Positions 1 through 10,002 of a DNA stretch of 64,000 nucleotides are shown here, in pieces. The notes beneath the pieces are model-generated. The model saw nothing but the letters and a program-made list of their open reading frames with translations, made no database searches and was not told the origin of the DNA. The stretch's first letter is position 1. Each line of letters opens with the position of its first letter. The DNA is from the human T2T-CHM13v2.0 reference genome, Homo sapiens. The stretch lies in the NCBI RefSeq assembly GCF_009914755.1, contig NC_060929.1, one strand, 5' to 3'. The translations under genes were made by a program, and so were the position numbers.

Positions 1-1148
1 TGTTTTTAAACAATAAGTAAACTAACAGTTAATAGTGCTCCAAATCTTTATGGCTTTTCTGGTCAGTCTCTTGTTCCAAAATTCAAAGATTAGGATTACA
101 ATGTTTCCTTTGCTCTCATCCCTCACACAGTGCCAGGCCTTTATAAAACACTCTCCCATGGGGGAAAAAATGCAGCCAGGCTTCTGCTCTGGCTCAAGAT
201 GACTCCTTCTTAACATACTATTCGTAAAGTGTCCTCAATTCACCTGTTATCTCCTATGCCCTCCACTTTCTTGCAAATCTGTTCTCCAACCACACTGAAT
301 TTAACCAATGTTTACTGAGTGAATTTAATTAAGCAAGGCAAAACGTGTCTTGCTTTTCCATACTTTAAGTGCTCCCTGCTCTTCTCTTTGCCTGGAATGC
401 CCTTCCTTTTTTCACCTGACAAATTCCTAATCATCTGTAGGACCCCAAAAAATGCCACCTCCTCTAGTGAAACTTCCGCAGTTTCCTTAGACAGAGGTGG
501 TCATTCATTAGGGTCTTCCACATCCTGATGAATTATTTGCTGACACACTCTCCTTGCTACATCCTTAGCTTTTTAGAATCAGGACTGTTTCATTCTTACA
601 TTCCCAGCACAGTGTCTGACACTCAATGAGTCCCAATAAACCAATGTCATTCATCCAAAACACACCTTTTAAGGAATGTATAATACACCCTCTTAAGAAC
701 TGTAGTCCCCTGAGTCCTCCAGCAAGACGTGTAAAGGGAATTGCCTCCGGAACACTTCTGGAATCGCAGGAACCCTGTATTCAAGTCAAAGCTCTTACAA
801 GTGCTATTATTGGGAACCGCTGATCAGAACGCGCTTCTCAGGACCACGTTCAGCTCATATATAAAAGCCATCGACGTGCTGCTTTGGATGAAAATCGTTT
901 TCTCTAGATTCTCTGGGGCTACGGCTAGTCACGCTAAATATCACTTATCCCTAATAGCGCTCATATCCCTGGAGAGATTTTTAAATCAATTGCCTAACAG
1001 ACCTCACTACGTACAACTTTGAACAAGTCTGTGGGGACCACAAAAGCACAGATGACAGGGTTCTTAAGGTTAACAAGGCCTCGGTCCCACACTAAGCTTT
1101 TAAAACTCGGGAGGCAGCAGTTGCAAAAGCAAGCCTCAGGCTGCTCAC
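1..1148 (-). other. CEP120: Intron following the first coding exon of CEP120
   Basis: Begins at the GT donor 1148-1147. The ORF read-through beyond the donor is not CEP120-like, and no further CEP120 exon is recognisable in 1-1146. Confidence 0.85.
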
Positions 1149-1197
1149 CTTCTAGGATGGACACGACGATGAGCAATTGGTCGGATTTGGAGACCAT
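1149..1197 (-). CDS. CEP120: First coding exon (49 nt, phase-1 end) of centrosomal protein CEP120
   Basis: Minus strand GCAACC-ATG-G (strong Kozak) encodes MVSKSDQLLIVVSILE-G, which I recognise as the CEP120 N-terminus. It ends at the canonical donor AAG|GTGAGC (GT at 1148-1147) and lies in a CpG island. Confidence 0.95.
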
Positions 1198-1850
1198 GGT
1201 TGCGGTGAGCGGTCCGGGGGCGAAGGCGGCTGGGGGGAAGTGAGGTCCAGTTGAGTCGCGGGTAATCCGGGACCCCCGGCGGGACCCCCACTGCCCGCCC
1301 CCGGTCCCTGATGCCCGGACCCCGCTCCGCAGCCAGGTCCCACCGCCGTCTGCTGCAGCGCGCCCGGCTCCTCTGCCTCGGGCCGCCAGCCCAGATCCTA
1401 ACTGTGCCCCGACTCAAGGAAAAAGCCACGCTGCAGCCCTGCCAGTCTGCAAGCAGAGACAAGCCCGCCACCCGAGGACCTTTTGCCGCCTGCGTAGCCG
1501 CTTTTCAAACGCCCGGGCGGCCGCAGCGGCCGCCGCCGCGCCCAGCTTCCGCCTAGCAACCAGGCCCGCAGGCCCAGTGCCCAGGGGAGGTTGGAGGACA
1601 ACGGGTGATAGAGACAGAGCAGTCAAGGCTAGAACGCCCGTCAGCGAGCTTCGCCTCCCGCCCTTTTACGCTCTGTTCCAGAGCCCTAAGGAGGACGCCT
1701 TCATTACCTCACAGCGCCCTCTGCTAGCCGGACGAGGAGAGGCGGGCGACTTGGTGTGGGACCAGCTGCGCAAGCGCACTACTGCTGTAAACGCTTCCTG
1801 AAGCTGCGTAGCCTTTAAGGAGCGTGAGTGTAGCGTATTACCTGCTTTAT
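1150..1850 (-). promoter_or_regulatory. CEP120: CpG island / CEP120 promoter and 5'UTR
   Basis: Very GC- and CpG-rich with two NotI sites (1517, 1526). Motifs: NRF1-like TGCGCAAGCGCA 1767-1778, ETS-like GGAAG cores near 1547 and 1795, RFX half-site GCCTAGCAAC 1551-1560, CTCF-like GCGCCCTCTGCTAG 1714-1727. Confidence 0.9.
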
Positions 1851-2520
1851 GCTTCAGCCACAACCTGAGAGTTATATTAGTGGGGATTAAAAAAACAAAA
1901 AAACCTAGCTTAGTTGAGGTACCCAGTGTCAACACTGCTTAAAAAATTAAATCACAAAAAAATAATGACTTAAATCTAAACTCTAAAGTCCCTAAATCGT
2001 GCTCACGCGGCACCTCAAATTTCCGACCTTTGAAAACAAGTAGCTTCAATACGGTAATTACTGTACTTGTTAAAGCTGACGTAAACTCCCCGAGAATTTC
2101 CTGTCCCTTAGAAATTACCCCTAAAACAAAAACACTGTCACGTGGGCAATGAAATATAAAGGTTCTTCCACCCCCGATGACAAAGTTATTAGCAAACTCA
2201 AAACCAAAAATAAACAAGGCATTGAGGTGCTGTCTGCCGACCCTTTCCCCTTAACGTCTCCCAAATTCAGATTTAAGAAACGGTTCAAGACTTGTAAAGG
2301 GAACGGCCTCCTAAACACTACTCAAATTGCAAGAAGCATGTATTCAAGTCAAAGGCAAAGTTCTTTTGGAGGTTATCTAGCTTGAAACTTAAATAACCGA
2401 ATTGGTTGGAGCGATCGTGGACACTATTAAGTTTGGGAAAAATTCTGCTTCGGAAAACAAAAGTAAATCATAATAAAATAAAGCTGCAGAGATAGCACTA
2501 GGTAGTGGACATAAGTGCGG

Positions 2521-2677
2521 CTTCTCCTATTACTTTCTGGTTTTGTAAATTGAGAAGTTGTTTTGAGAGCAAATATAATATCTCGCTGTTTTCTTTTTCT
2601 TCTATTGCTTCCTTGTTTTGGAAATTTAGAAGTTATTTTGAGAGCAAATAATATAATATCACTATTGTTTTCTTCTT
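2521..2677. repeat. Two-copy diverged tandem duplication (~77-80 bp unit)
   Basis: ...AAATT(G/T)AGAAGTT(G/A)TTTTGAGAGCAAATA...ATAATATC...TGTTTTCTT occurs twice head to tail. Confidence 0.85.
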
Positions 2678-3055
2678 CCTCTTCTTTATTCTTCCTTCTT
2701 TGCTTTCTGCCCAAAAGAAAAGGAGGAATATGTAGAGATTGGACTAATTACTTCTAAGGCCCTTTCAGGTCCTATCACAGGCATTCTTAAAATGAAGCAC
2801 TATTCAATGTAAAATCAAAGTAATGATCTACTTTGGATTCATCATTGAACAATGCATTATTTTTGTGGAAGATGTCAAACATACTTTAAAGAAAGCAGAA
2901 TGATATAATGAACCCCCAGTTACCCAGACCCCAGCTTCAACGATTATCAACTTAAGACCAATCATCTTCATCTGTTGTGTTATTTTTAAAGAAATCCCCA
3001 ACATCACATCAATTCATCTTTTTGGATACGTACTTCTAAAAGATGAAGACTTTTT

Positions 3056-3376
3056 GGCCAGGTGTGGTAGTGGCTCACATCTGTAATCCCAGCACTTTGG
3101 GAGGCTGAGGTGGGCGGATCACTTGAGTCAGGAGTTCGAGACCAACCTGGCCAACATAGCAGAACTCCGTCTCTACTAAAAATACAAAAATTAGCCAGAC
3201 GTGGTAGCGCAAGCCAGAAATCCCAGCTACTTGGGAGGCTGAAGCACGAGAAGGCTGAGGCACGAGAATCGCTTGAAATCATGAGGCAGAGGTTGCAGTG
3301 AGCCGGTATCATGCCACAGCGCTCCAGCCTGGGCCACAGAGAAAGACTCAGTCTCAAAAAAAAAAAAAAAAAAAAA
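3056..3376 (+). mobile_element. Alu (AluS-like), full length
   Basis: GGCCAGGTGTGG...TGTAATCCCAGCACTTTGGGAGG, dimeric structure, A tail, degenerate TSD AAAAGAT(G/A)A(A/C)GACTT. Confidence 0.95.
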
Positions 3377-3590
3377 GATAACGACTTCTTAAAGAATCTT
3401 AAAATATTAAGTATTTAACCACAATCCCATTATTACACTTAATAATTAACAAAAATTTCTTAATCCCATTAAATATATACTGTTCAAATTTCTCTGATTG
3501 TCTAATAATTTGTTTGCAGTCGGTTTTTTCAAATCAGGATCCAAACAAGTTCCAAAATACAATGGTTGGTATGTCTCTTGTCTTTTTTAA

Positions 3591-3970
3591 TGTATATGGT
3601 TAGGCTTTGTGCCCCCACCAAAATCTCATTTTGAATTGTAATCCCCACAACCCCCAAGTGTCAAGGAAGGGACCAGATGGAGGTAATTGAATCATGGGGG
3701 TGGTTTCCTCCATGCTATTCTCCTGATAGTCAGTGAGTTCTCAGGAGATCTGACGGTTTTATTAAGCGCTCTTCCCCCTTTACTCACTCACTCTTCTCCT
3801 TCTTGCTGCCTTGTGAGGAAGGTGCCTTGCTTCCCCTTTGCCTTCTGCCATGACCATAAGTTTCCTGAGGCCTCCCTAGCCATGCTGAACTATGAGTCAA
3901 TTAAACCTCTTTCCTTTTGAAATTACCCAGTCTTGGGCAGTTCTTTATAGTAGTATGAAAACGGACTAAT
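3591..3970 (+). mobile_element. MaLR solo LTR (THE1D/MST-like)
   Basis: TATGGTTAGGCTTTGTG...AAATCTCATTTTGAATTGTAATCCC...GAGTCAATTAAACCTCTTTCC...GAAAACGGACTAAT. Confidence 0.9.
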
Positions 3971-4254
3971 GGAGGTACCCAATCCTTCTTTTTTTTTTCT
4001 TGAAATTCTTTATTGAAGAAACTGGTCGTGTCTGCAGAGTTTACCACAGTCTGAATTTTGTTGGTATAATACCAATGTTGTGGTTTAACATATCCTCTGT
4101 TGAGAAGTCTAATAAATATGTACACATTAACAACACTTAAAGATTAGGAAACAAATTAACCACAAGGGAAGTATAATGTTATCAGTGGTGCAAGACAGTA
4201 CTTAGCATTATAGACAAAGAGAGGCCCAAGTACCTCTGATGGAATGAGTACCCC

Positions 4255-4410
4255 AGAAGATCAGAGTTTGGGACCTACCTTTGCTATTTGCATGTCAGGT
4301 GACCTTAAGCAAATCACTTTCCCTCTTTGAGCCTCAGTTTCAGCTATAAAACGATAGTATGCATGGTTCTTTAGTGCAGGACTTAAATGTAGTAAATGCC
4401 ACTTAGTTAC
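4255..4410. mobile_element. MIR fragment
   Basis: MIR core GTGACCTTAAGCAAATCACTTTCCCTCTTTGAGCCTCAGTTTC. Confidence 0.6.
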
Positions 4411-5045
4411 TATTTTTTATATGAACAATCTCAGACTTTAAGTAGTAGCTGTGAAAAGAGCCAGGAACTGTCCATCAGCATACCTTGTTGTTTTGCTTTA
4501 GGATATCTAGCAGGGCTTCACACCTAGATTATAAACCATTACTGTATGCCATAGAATAGTTTTAGGTCATAAAAAATCTGACAGATTATTAAAATTAACA
4601 AAGAAACTTTTTCATGTAGTAAATTTCACATGATTCCCTTTATTTGGATTTTCCTCCTGAACAACATCATTTCTAAAATCACTTTCAGCACAGCTACTGA
4701 AAAGTCACCAATTTAGTTGGCCTGGTGCTTCCTTTAACAGAATGTACAAAATCAATGATATGAAATTCCTCATCTAGAAATGGAATTATAATCCTATCAT
4801 CATCTATATCTGTTTTTCTATAATCTAATTTCCTTTCATATGTGATATTAAACAGTAGTAACTTCAGTTCTAGTATAAATCATCACATTTAAGCTTAAAT
4901 TTATGAGGGAAAATCTTGTTGTAAGTTAATAAAGTACCAATTACTGTTTCAAAATATGTAAGTAAATGCTAGTAACATGTAATTTTTATCTATAAGACAA
5001 TATGAGATTCATTACACTATAAGCTTATAAATTTAAACTGACAGG

Positions 5046-5359
5046 TTTTTTATTTTATTTATTTATTTTTTGAGATGGAGTCTTGCTCTGTCACCCACGC
5101 TGGAGTGCAGTGGTACGATCTTGGCTCACAGCTCACTGCAACCTCCGCCTCCCAGGTTCAAGTGATTCTCCTGCCTCAACCTCCTGAGTAGCTGGGATTA
5201 CAGGTGCACACCACTACACCCAGCTCATTTTTATATTTTTAGTAGAGATGAAGTTTCACCGTGTTGTCCAGGCTGGTTTCGAACTCCTGACCTCAGGTGA
5301 TTCACCCGCTTTGGTCTCCCAAAGTGTTGGGATTACAGGTGTGAGCCACCACGCCTGGG
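5046..5359 (-). mobile_element. Alu (AluS-like)
   Basis: T-rich tail then GAGATGGAGTCTTGCTCTG...GTGAGCCACCACGCCTGG. TSD-like AAACTGACAG on both sides. Confidence 0.95.
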
Positions 5360-5959
5360 TGAAACTGACAGAATTGATGAAAGGCTTGATTCTGAATTTA
5401 TTAGTTTGTCAACCTAGTAACTAATCATATTAGGTGGCTTTCTATTTCCATAACTTTCTATCAAAAAAAGAATAAAACAAAGCATTCTGACATATTTTAA
5501 GACTTTCTTTGCTGTAGTTGTTTTACCTTTTGGAAAAACATTTTACTTTGTAGGATTTCTCTATATTTTTTTTCGTCAACCACTTCTGTGGACCACCACA
5601 GGAGGAATGATGAGCTATGTTTCTCTTCTTCAGCCTCTTCCACTGTATACACACAAATACACACACACTTCATAAAATTTTAGGCAAGCTCCCAAAGACT
5701 AATAAAATTAGCCCATCTGTTGAATAACTGCAGTTTGTAAAAGCATGGTGCCAGACCCAACTTCAAGAGGTGCTTCTAAAATTGCCTCCATTAGAAAGAG
5801 GCAATGGGCATGAAAGTGATAACTAGTCCTCATCGCTTAGTGTCAAGAAGACAGAACCCTTTCAATTCAGGATCTACTGTAATTTAACTTGGCAATTAAT
5901 TTAGGCATCTTTGATCCCTGGAAGAAGGGCCTCTAACATCTATCATAAGAGAGGCAAGA

Positions 5960-6185
5960 TAACCCAGTATCAAAGAGTCATATGTCCCTGAATTTCAGGT
6001 TCCATGACTTATTAGCTTTGTGACTTAGCCAAGTCACTTATCTCTGAACCTGTTTTTCCATCTGTAAAACAGGGTATTAGTCCTTTCCTCACATGGTTTT
6101 TGTCAGAATTAAATGGGATTGCTTCTGTGAGGGGCCTAGGACACGATGAAATCGCCAAACGTGGTAGCTAGTTTTATTGTTAGTA
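5960..6185. mobile_element. MIR
   Basis: TGTGACTTAGCCAAGTCACTTATCTCTGAACCTGTTTTTCCATCTGTAAAACAGGG. Confidence 0.7.
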
Positions 6186-6333
6186 TGGAGGGATAATTTG
6201 TTGTGGGATTATTTTGAAATTTGTTCCCTTTCTTTGGTTCTACAAAGGTAACCAGACCCTTATATTCCCTCACCTTGGCCTATATTTATATTCTACTGGT
6301 GATATCCCCAAAACAGCTCCTATCTCCCTGGCT

Positions 6334-6418
6334 TCTTTTAATTTTTGTGGGCACGTAGTAGGTATACATATTTATGGGTTATGTGAGATATTTTGATACA
6401 GGTCTGCAATGCATAATA
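6334..6418 (-). mobile_element. Short L1 (L1MA/PB-type) 3' end
   Basis: TTTTTAATTTTTGTGGGCACGTAGTAGGTATACATATTTATGGG...GATATTTTGATACAGG...TGCAATGCATAAT. Confidence 0.7.
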
Positions 6419-6695
6419 TCTCCCTGACTTCTGTGAAAACACCACAATAGAGCATGCCAAAGTCAAACCGTCCTGCAGGTCAGGTATGGTCAAGTAGTGA
6501 AGTGGGCTGGCAGGGTGAGGGCAGAAGTATGGCACACAGCTGTCTCAAGGAGCAGCCCTGCTCTGCTCCCGCTGATCATTGCCATGCAATAAGACAGATT
6601 GTAAGTTTCATAAGGAGATAGAATTACAGATTTTTATGTGAACTCATGCAAATTTTAAATGCCGATAATGAAATTTAGTTTAAAAACAAAAAGCA

Positions 6696-6984
6696 GACCA
6701 GGTGCAGTGGCTCATGCCTATAATCCCAGCACTTTATGAGGCCAAGGCAGGCAGATCACTTGAGGCCAGGAGTTTGAGACCACCCTGGCCACCATGGCCA
6801 AACCCCATCTCTATGAAATATACAAAAATTAGCTGGGCGTGGTGACACACACCTGTAGTCCCAGCTACTCAGGAAGCTGAGGCATGAGAATTGCTTGAAC
6901 CTGGGAGGCAAGGTTGCAGTGAGCCAAGATTGCATCACTGCATTCCAGCCTGGGTGATAGAGCAAGGCTCTGTCTCAAAAAAAA
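6696..6984 (+). mobile_element. Alu
   Basis: Dimeric Alu consensus with short A tail. Confidence 0.95.
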
Positions 6985-8564
6985 TCACCAAACACTTCTG
7001 CCAGCCACAGGTTAGTTACCTTCAGCCAAATTCATTGAGATGGTTGTGATAGATGTCAGGGCAGAGAAAAGACGGCAGTAAATAAAAGAGATTGCCTAAA
7101 GCTAGGAAGAAACAGGATGAAGGAAAGTGTAGTGGGGACCAACATTCCACTCTTTGGCAGAGCCTTGGGCAGGGAACAGACACAGAAAGTGGCCCCGTGG
7201 GAACCCTAGAGAAGTGAGACCATAGGTCCTGGTTTATTATCCTTGGCATAGATTCTTATGCCCTAATTTGACAGACTTAGCAGGTTGGCTTGGGTATTAG
7301 CTTATCAGTGACCAGTAAGGCAAGAGCCAGCAAGGCCTCCCCCAATATTTGCTCTGTGTGAGAACTCCAGCACCTTTGCCCAGCACTTTGTATGTGGAGA
7401 GGGAAGACCCAGTGATTACTGAGATTGAATTTCCTGTTGATTGGCAGAAGGAGATTGGGGTTGAATTTGAGTATAAAGAAAAGCAACATTTCTTGCACAC
7501 TGTCCTTTGTGTTGTAAGCTTCATGGGATTACTTTAGACTGAGATGAGCGTTGAGCCACTCTGTTGTGGTGTGTGTCACAGTGGCTCTCCCTGAGGCAAG
7601 GTATAGAGTGGAGGGTGGGAGAATGCTCCCTACTCCATGGAGGAAAGGCAGAGGTAGGGACATTCTGGAACTACAGCAAAGGGTTTCAGGCCAACAAAAA
7701 ATGCTGCTCAGGTTTGCTTTGAAAAAACTATGCCATTGGTAAAATGACCACATTCTAGAGACAGATGACTTGTGAATGGGCTTCATTTTAGGAGTAGAGA
7801 TTGGAACAGATGGTAGATGCTGGAATCCCTCTCTGTAACACTGTGACATTGAGGAACATTATATGACATTGTGGGACTTTGATTCACTTATTGTGTAATG
7901 TCTGATGTGTGTGGATTTTTTTTCATCCAAAAATCTTTCTTTTGACACCCCGGAGCCAATAGCAGAGGAAGAGCTGGTGCCGGCCTACTCAGCTGTCTGC
8001 TGAAGAAATTCCCCAGGCTCTGGTTGAGTGTTTTGGCCCATAAAAGTCTGACCCCAGTAAATGATAACACAGAATCTTCTGTACTACAGGCTATCTCTGG
8101 CAGAAGAGTTCTATTTAATGCTGACATTACAAGTACACCTGAAGGTTATAAAACTATCCCCTACTTCTCTGTGTTTCAAGGAACAAAATAGATAAATAAA
8201 TAAATTATAACAACAGTCAATAGTAACCCCCCTCCCCTTTGAATTCAGAGGAAGGTTCTAAACATACAACCTGGGTTCAGAGAAAAGAAAAGCCTCCATC
8301 ATATATTAAGCAACTGCACAAGAAGTTTCCGCAGCCAGCAGCTAGTAAGCTGAGTCACCCATTTCACAAGGGGTATAACAAAGCTCTATCCCTTGACTAT
8401 TGCATCAGCCACAAAACTGTTCTTCCTGAATTATGGTATGTGTTTCTGCTGCCAACATAATGCTTTGTATTTGCATAAATGTGTATGTTTCTAAGCAGGT
8501 TCTAGCAAGTGTAACAGTTAACAGCAAGTTGAATGGTGACTTTTATTTATTGCCTTAGTGTTAC

Positions 8565-10002
8565 TGACAGGTGACAGCGTGCTGGCAGTCCTCACAGCCC
8601 TCGTTCGCTCTCGGCGCCTCCTCTGCCTGGGCTCCCACTTTGGCGGCACTTGAGGACCCCTTCAGCCCACCACTGCACTGTGGGAGCCCCTTTCTGGGCT
8701 GGCCAAGGCCGGAGCCGGCTTCCTCAGCTTGCAGGGAGGTGTGGAGGGAGAGGCGCAAGCGGGAACCGGGGCTGCGCGCGGCGCTTGCGGGCCAGCGCGA
8801 GTTCCGGGTGGGCGTGGGCTTGGCGGGCCCCGCACTCGGAGCAGCCGGCCAGCCCTGCCGGCCCCAGGCAATGAGGGGCTTAGCACCCGGGCCAGCGGCT
8901 GCGGAGGGTGTACTGGGTCCCGAGCAGTGCCAGCCCACCGGCGCTGCTGCGCTCGATTTCTCGCCGGGCCTTAGCTGCCTTCCCGTGGGGCAGGGCTCAG
9001 GACCTGCAGCCCGCCATGCCTGAGCCTCCCACCCCCTCCGTGGGCTCCTGTGCGGCCCGAGCCTCCTCGACGAGCGCCACCCCCTGCTCCACGGCGCCCA
9101 GTCCCATCGGCGCCCAGTCCCAAGGGCTGAGGAGTGCGGGCGCACGGCGGGGGACTGGCAGGCAGCTCCACCTGCAGCCCCGGTGCGGGATCCACTGGGT
9201 GAAGCCAGCTGGGCTCCTGAGTCTGGTGGGGACGTGGAGAACCTTTATGTGTAGCTCAGGGATTGTAAATACACCAATTGGCACTCTGTATCTAGCCCAA
9301 GGTTTGTAAACACACCAATCAGCACCCTGTGTCTAGCTCAGGGTTTGTGAATGCACCAATTGACACTCTGTATCTAGCTACTCTGGTGGGGGCCTTGGAG
9401 AACCTTTGTGTGGACACTCTGTATCTAGCTAATCTGGTGGGGAGGTGGAGAACCTTTGTGTCTAGCTCAGGGATTGTAAACGCACCAATCAGCACCCTGT
9501 CAAAACAGACCACTCGGCTCTACCAATCAGCAGGATGTGGGTGGGGCCAGATAAGAGAATAAAAGCAGGCTGCCAGAGCCAGCAGTGGCAACCCGCTAGG
9601 GTCCCCTTCCACACTGGGGAAGCTTTGTTCTTTCACTCTTTGCAATAAATCTTGCTACTGCTCACTCTTTGGGTCCACACTGCTTTTATGAGCTGTAACA
9701 CTCACCGTGAAGGTCTGCAGCTTCACTCCTGAAGCCAGAGAGACCACGAGCCCACCGGGAGGAAACAACAACTCCAGACGCGCTGCCTTAACAGCTGTAA
9801 CACTCACCGCGAAGGTCTGCAGCTTCACTCCTGAGCCAGCGAGACCATGAACCCACCAGAAGGAAGAAACTGGGAACACATCCGAACATCAGAAGGAACA
9901 AACTCCAGATGCGCCACTTTAAGAACCGTAACACTCACCGCGAGGGTCCGCGGCTTCATTCTTGAAGTCAGTGAGACCAAGAACCCACCAATTCCAGACA
10001 CA
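8565..10002 (+). mobile_element. Solo LTR12C (ERV9/HERV9 LTR), ~1.44 kb
   Basis: TG start TGACAGGTGACAGCGTGCTGGCAGTCCTCACAGCCC and CA end GAACCCACCAATTCCAGACACA. 4-bp TSD TTAC/TTAT, U3 CCAAT/GATA repeats, three U5 GTAACACTCACCG units. Confidence 0.96.

Larger units (their letters stand above)
2870..4090 (-). mobile_element. Old L1M (L1MC-like) 3'UTR fragments interrupted by an Alu and a THE1/MST LTR
   Basis: Motifs such as ATAATGAACCCC...CCCAGCTTCAACGATTATCAAC and AATCAGGATCCAAACAAG are typical of L1MC/ME 3' ends in reverse orientation. Confidence 0.5.

Noticed and set aside
994-1148. 67-aa ORF continuing past the CEP120 exon
   Set aside because: Read-through into the intron beyond the GT donor; only 1149-1197 is coding.
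1019-1801. Multiple Pro/Ala/Arg-rich ORFs on both strands
   Set aside because: Expected stop-codon scarcity in a CpG island.
9230-9530. Regularly spaced repeats (CTCTGTATCTAGCT / TGTAAA-CACCAAT) resembling a CRISPR array
   Set aside because: These are the U3 enhancer repeats of LTR12C. There are no unique spacers and no cas genes, and the context is eukaryotic.
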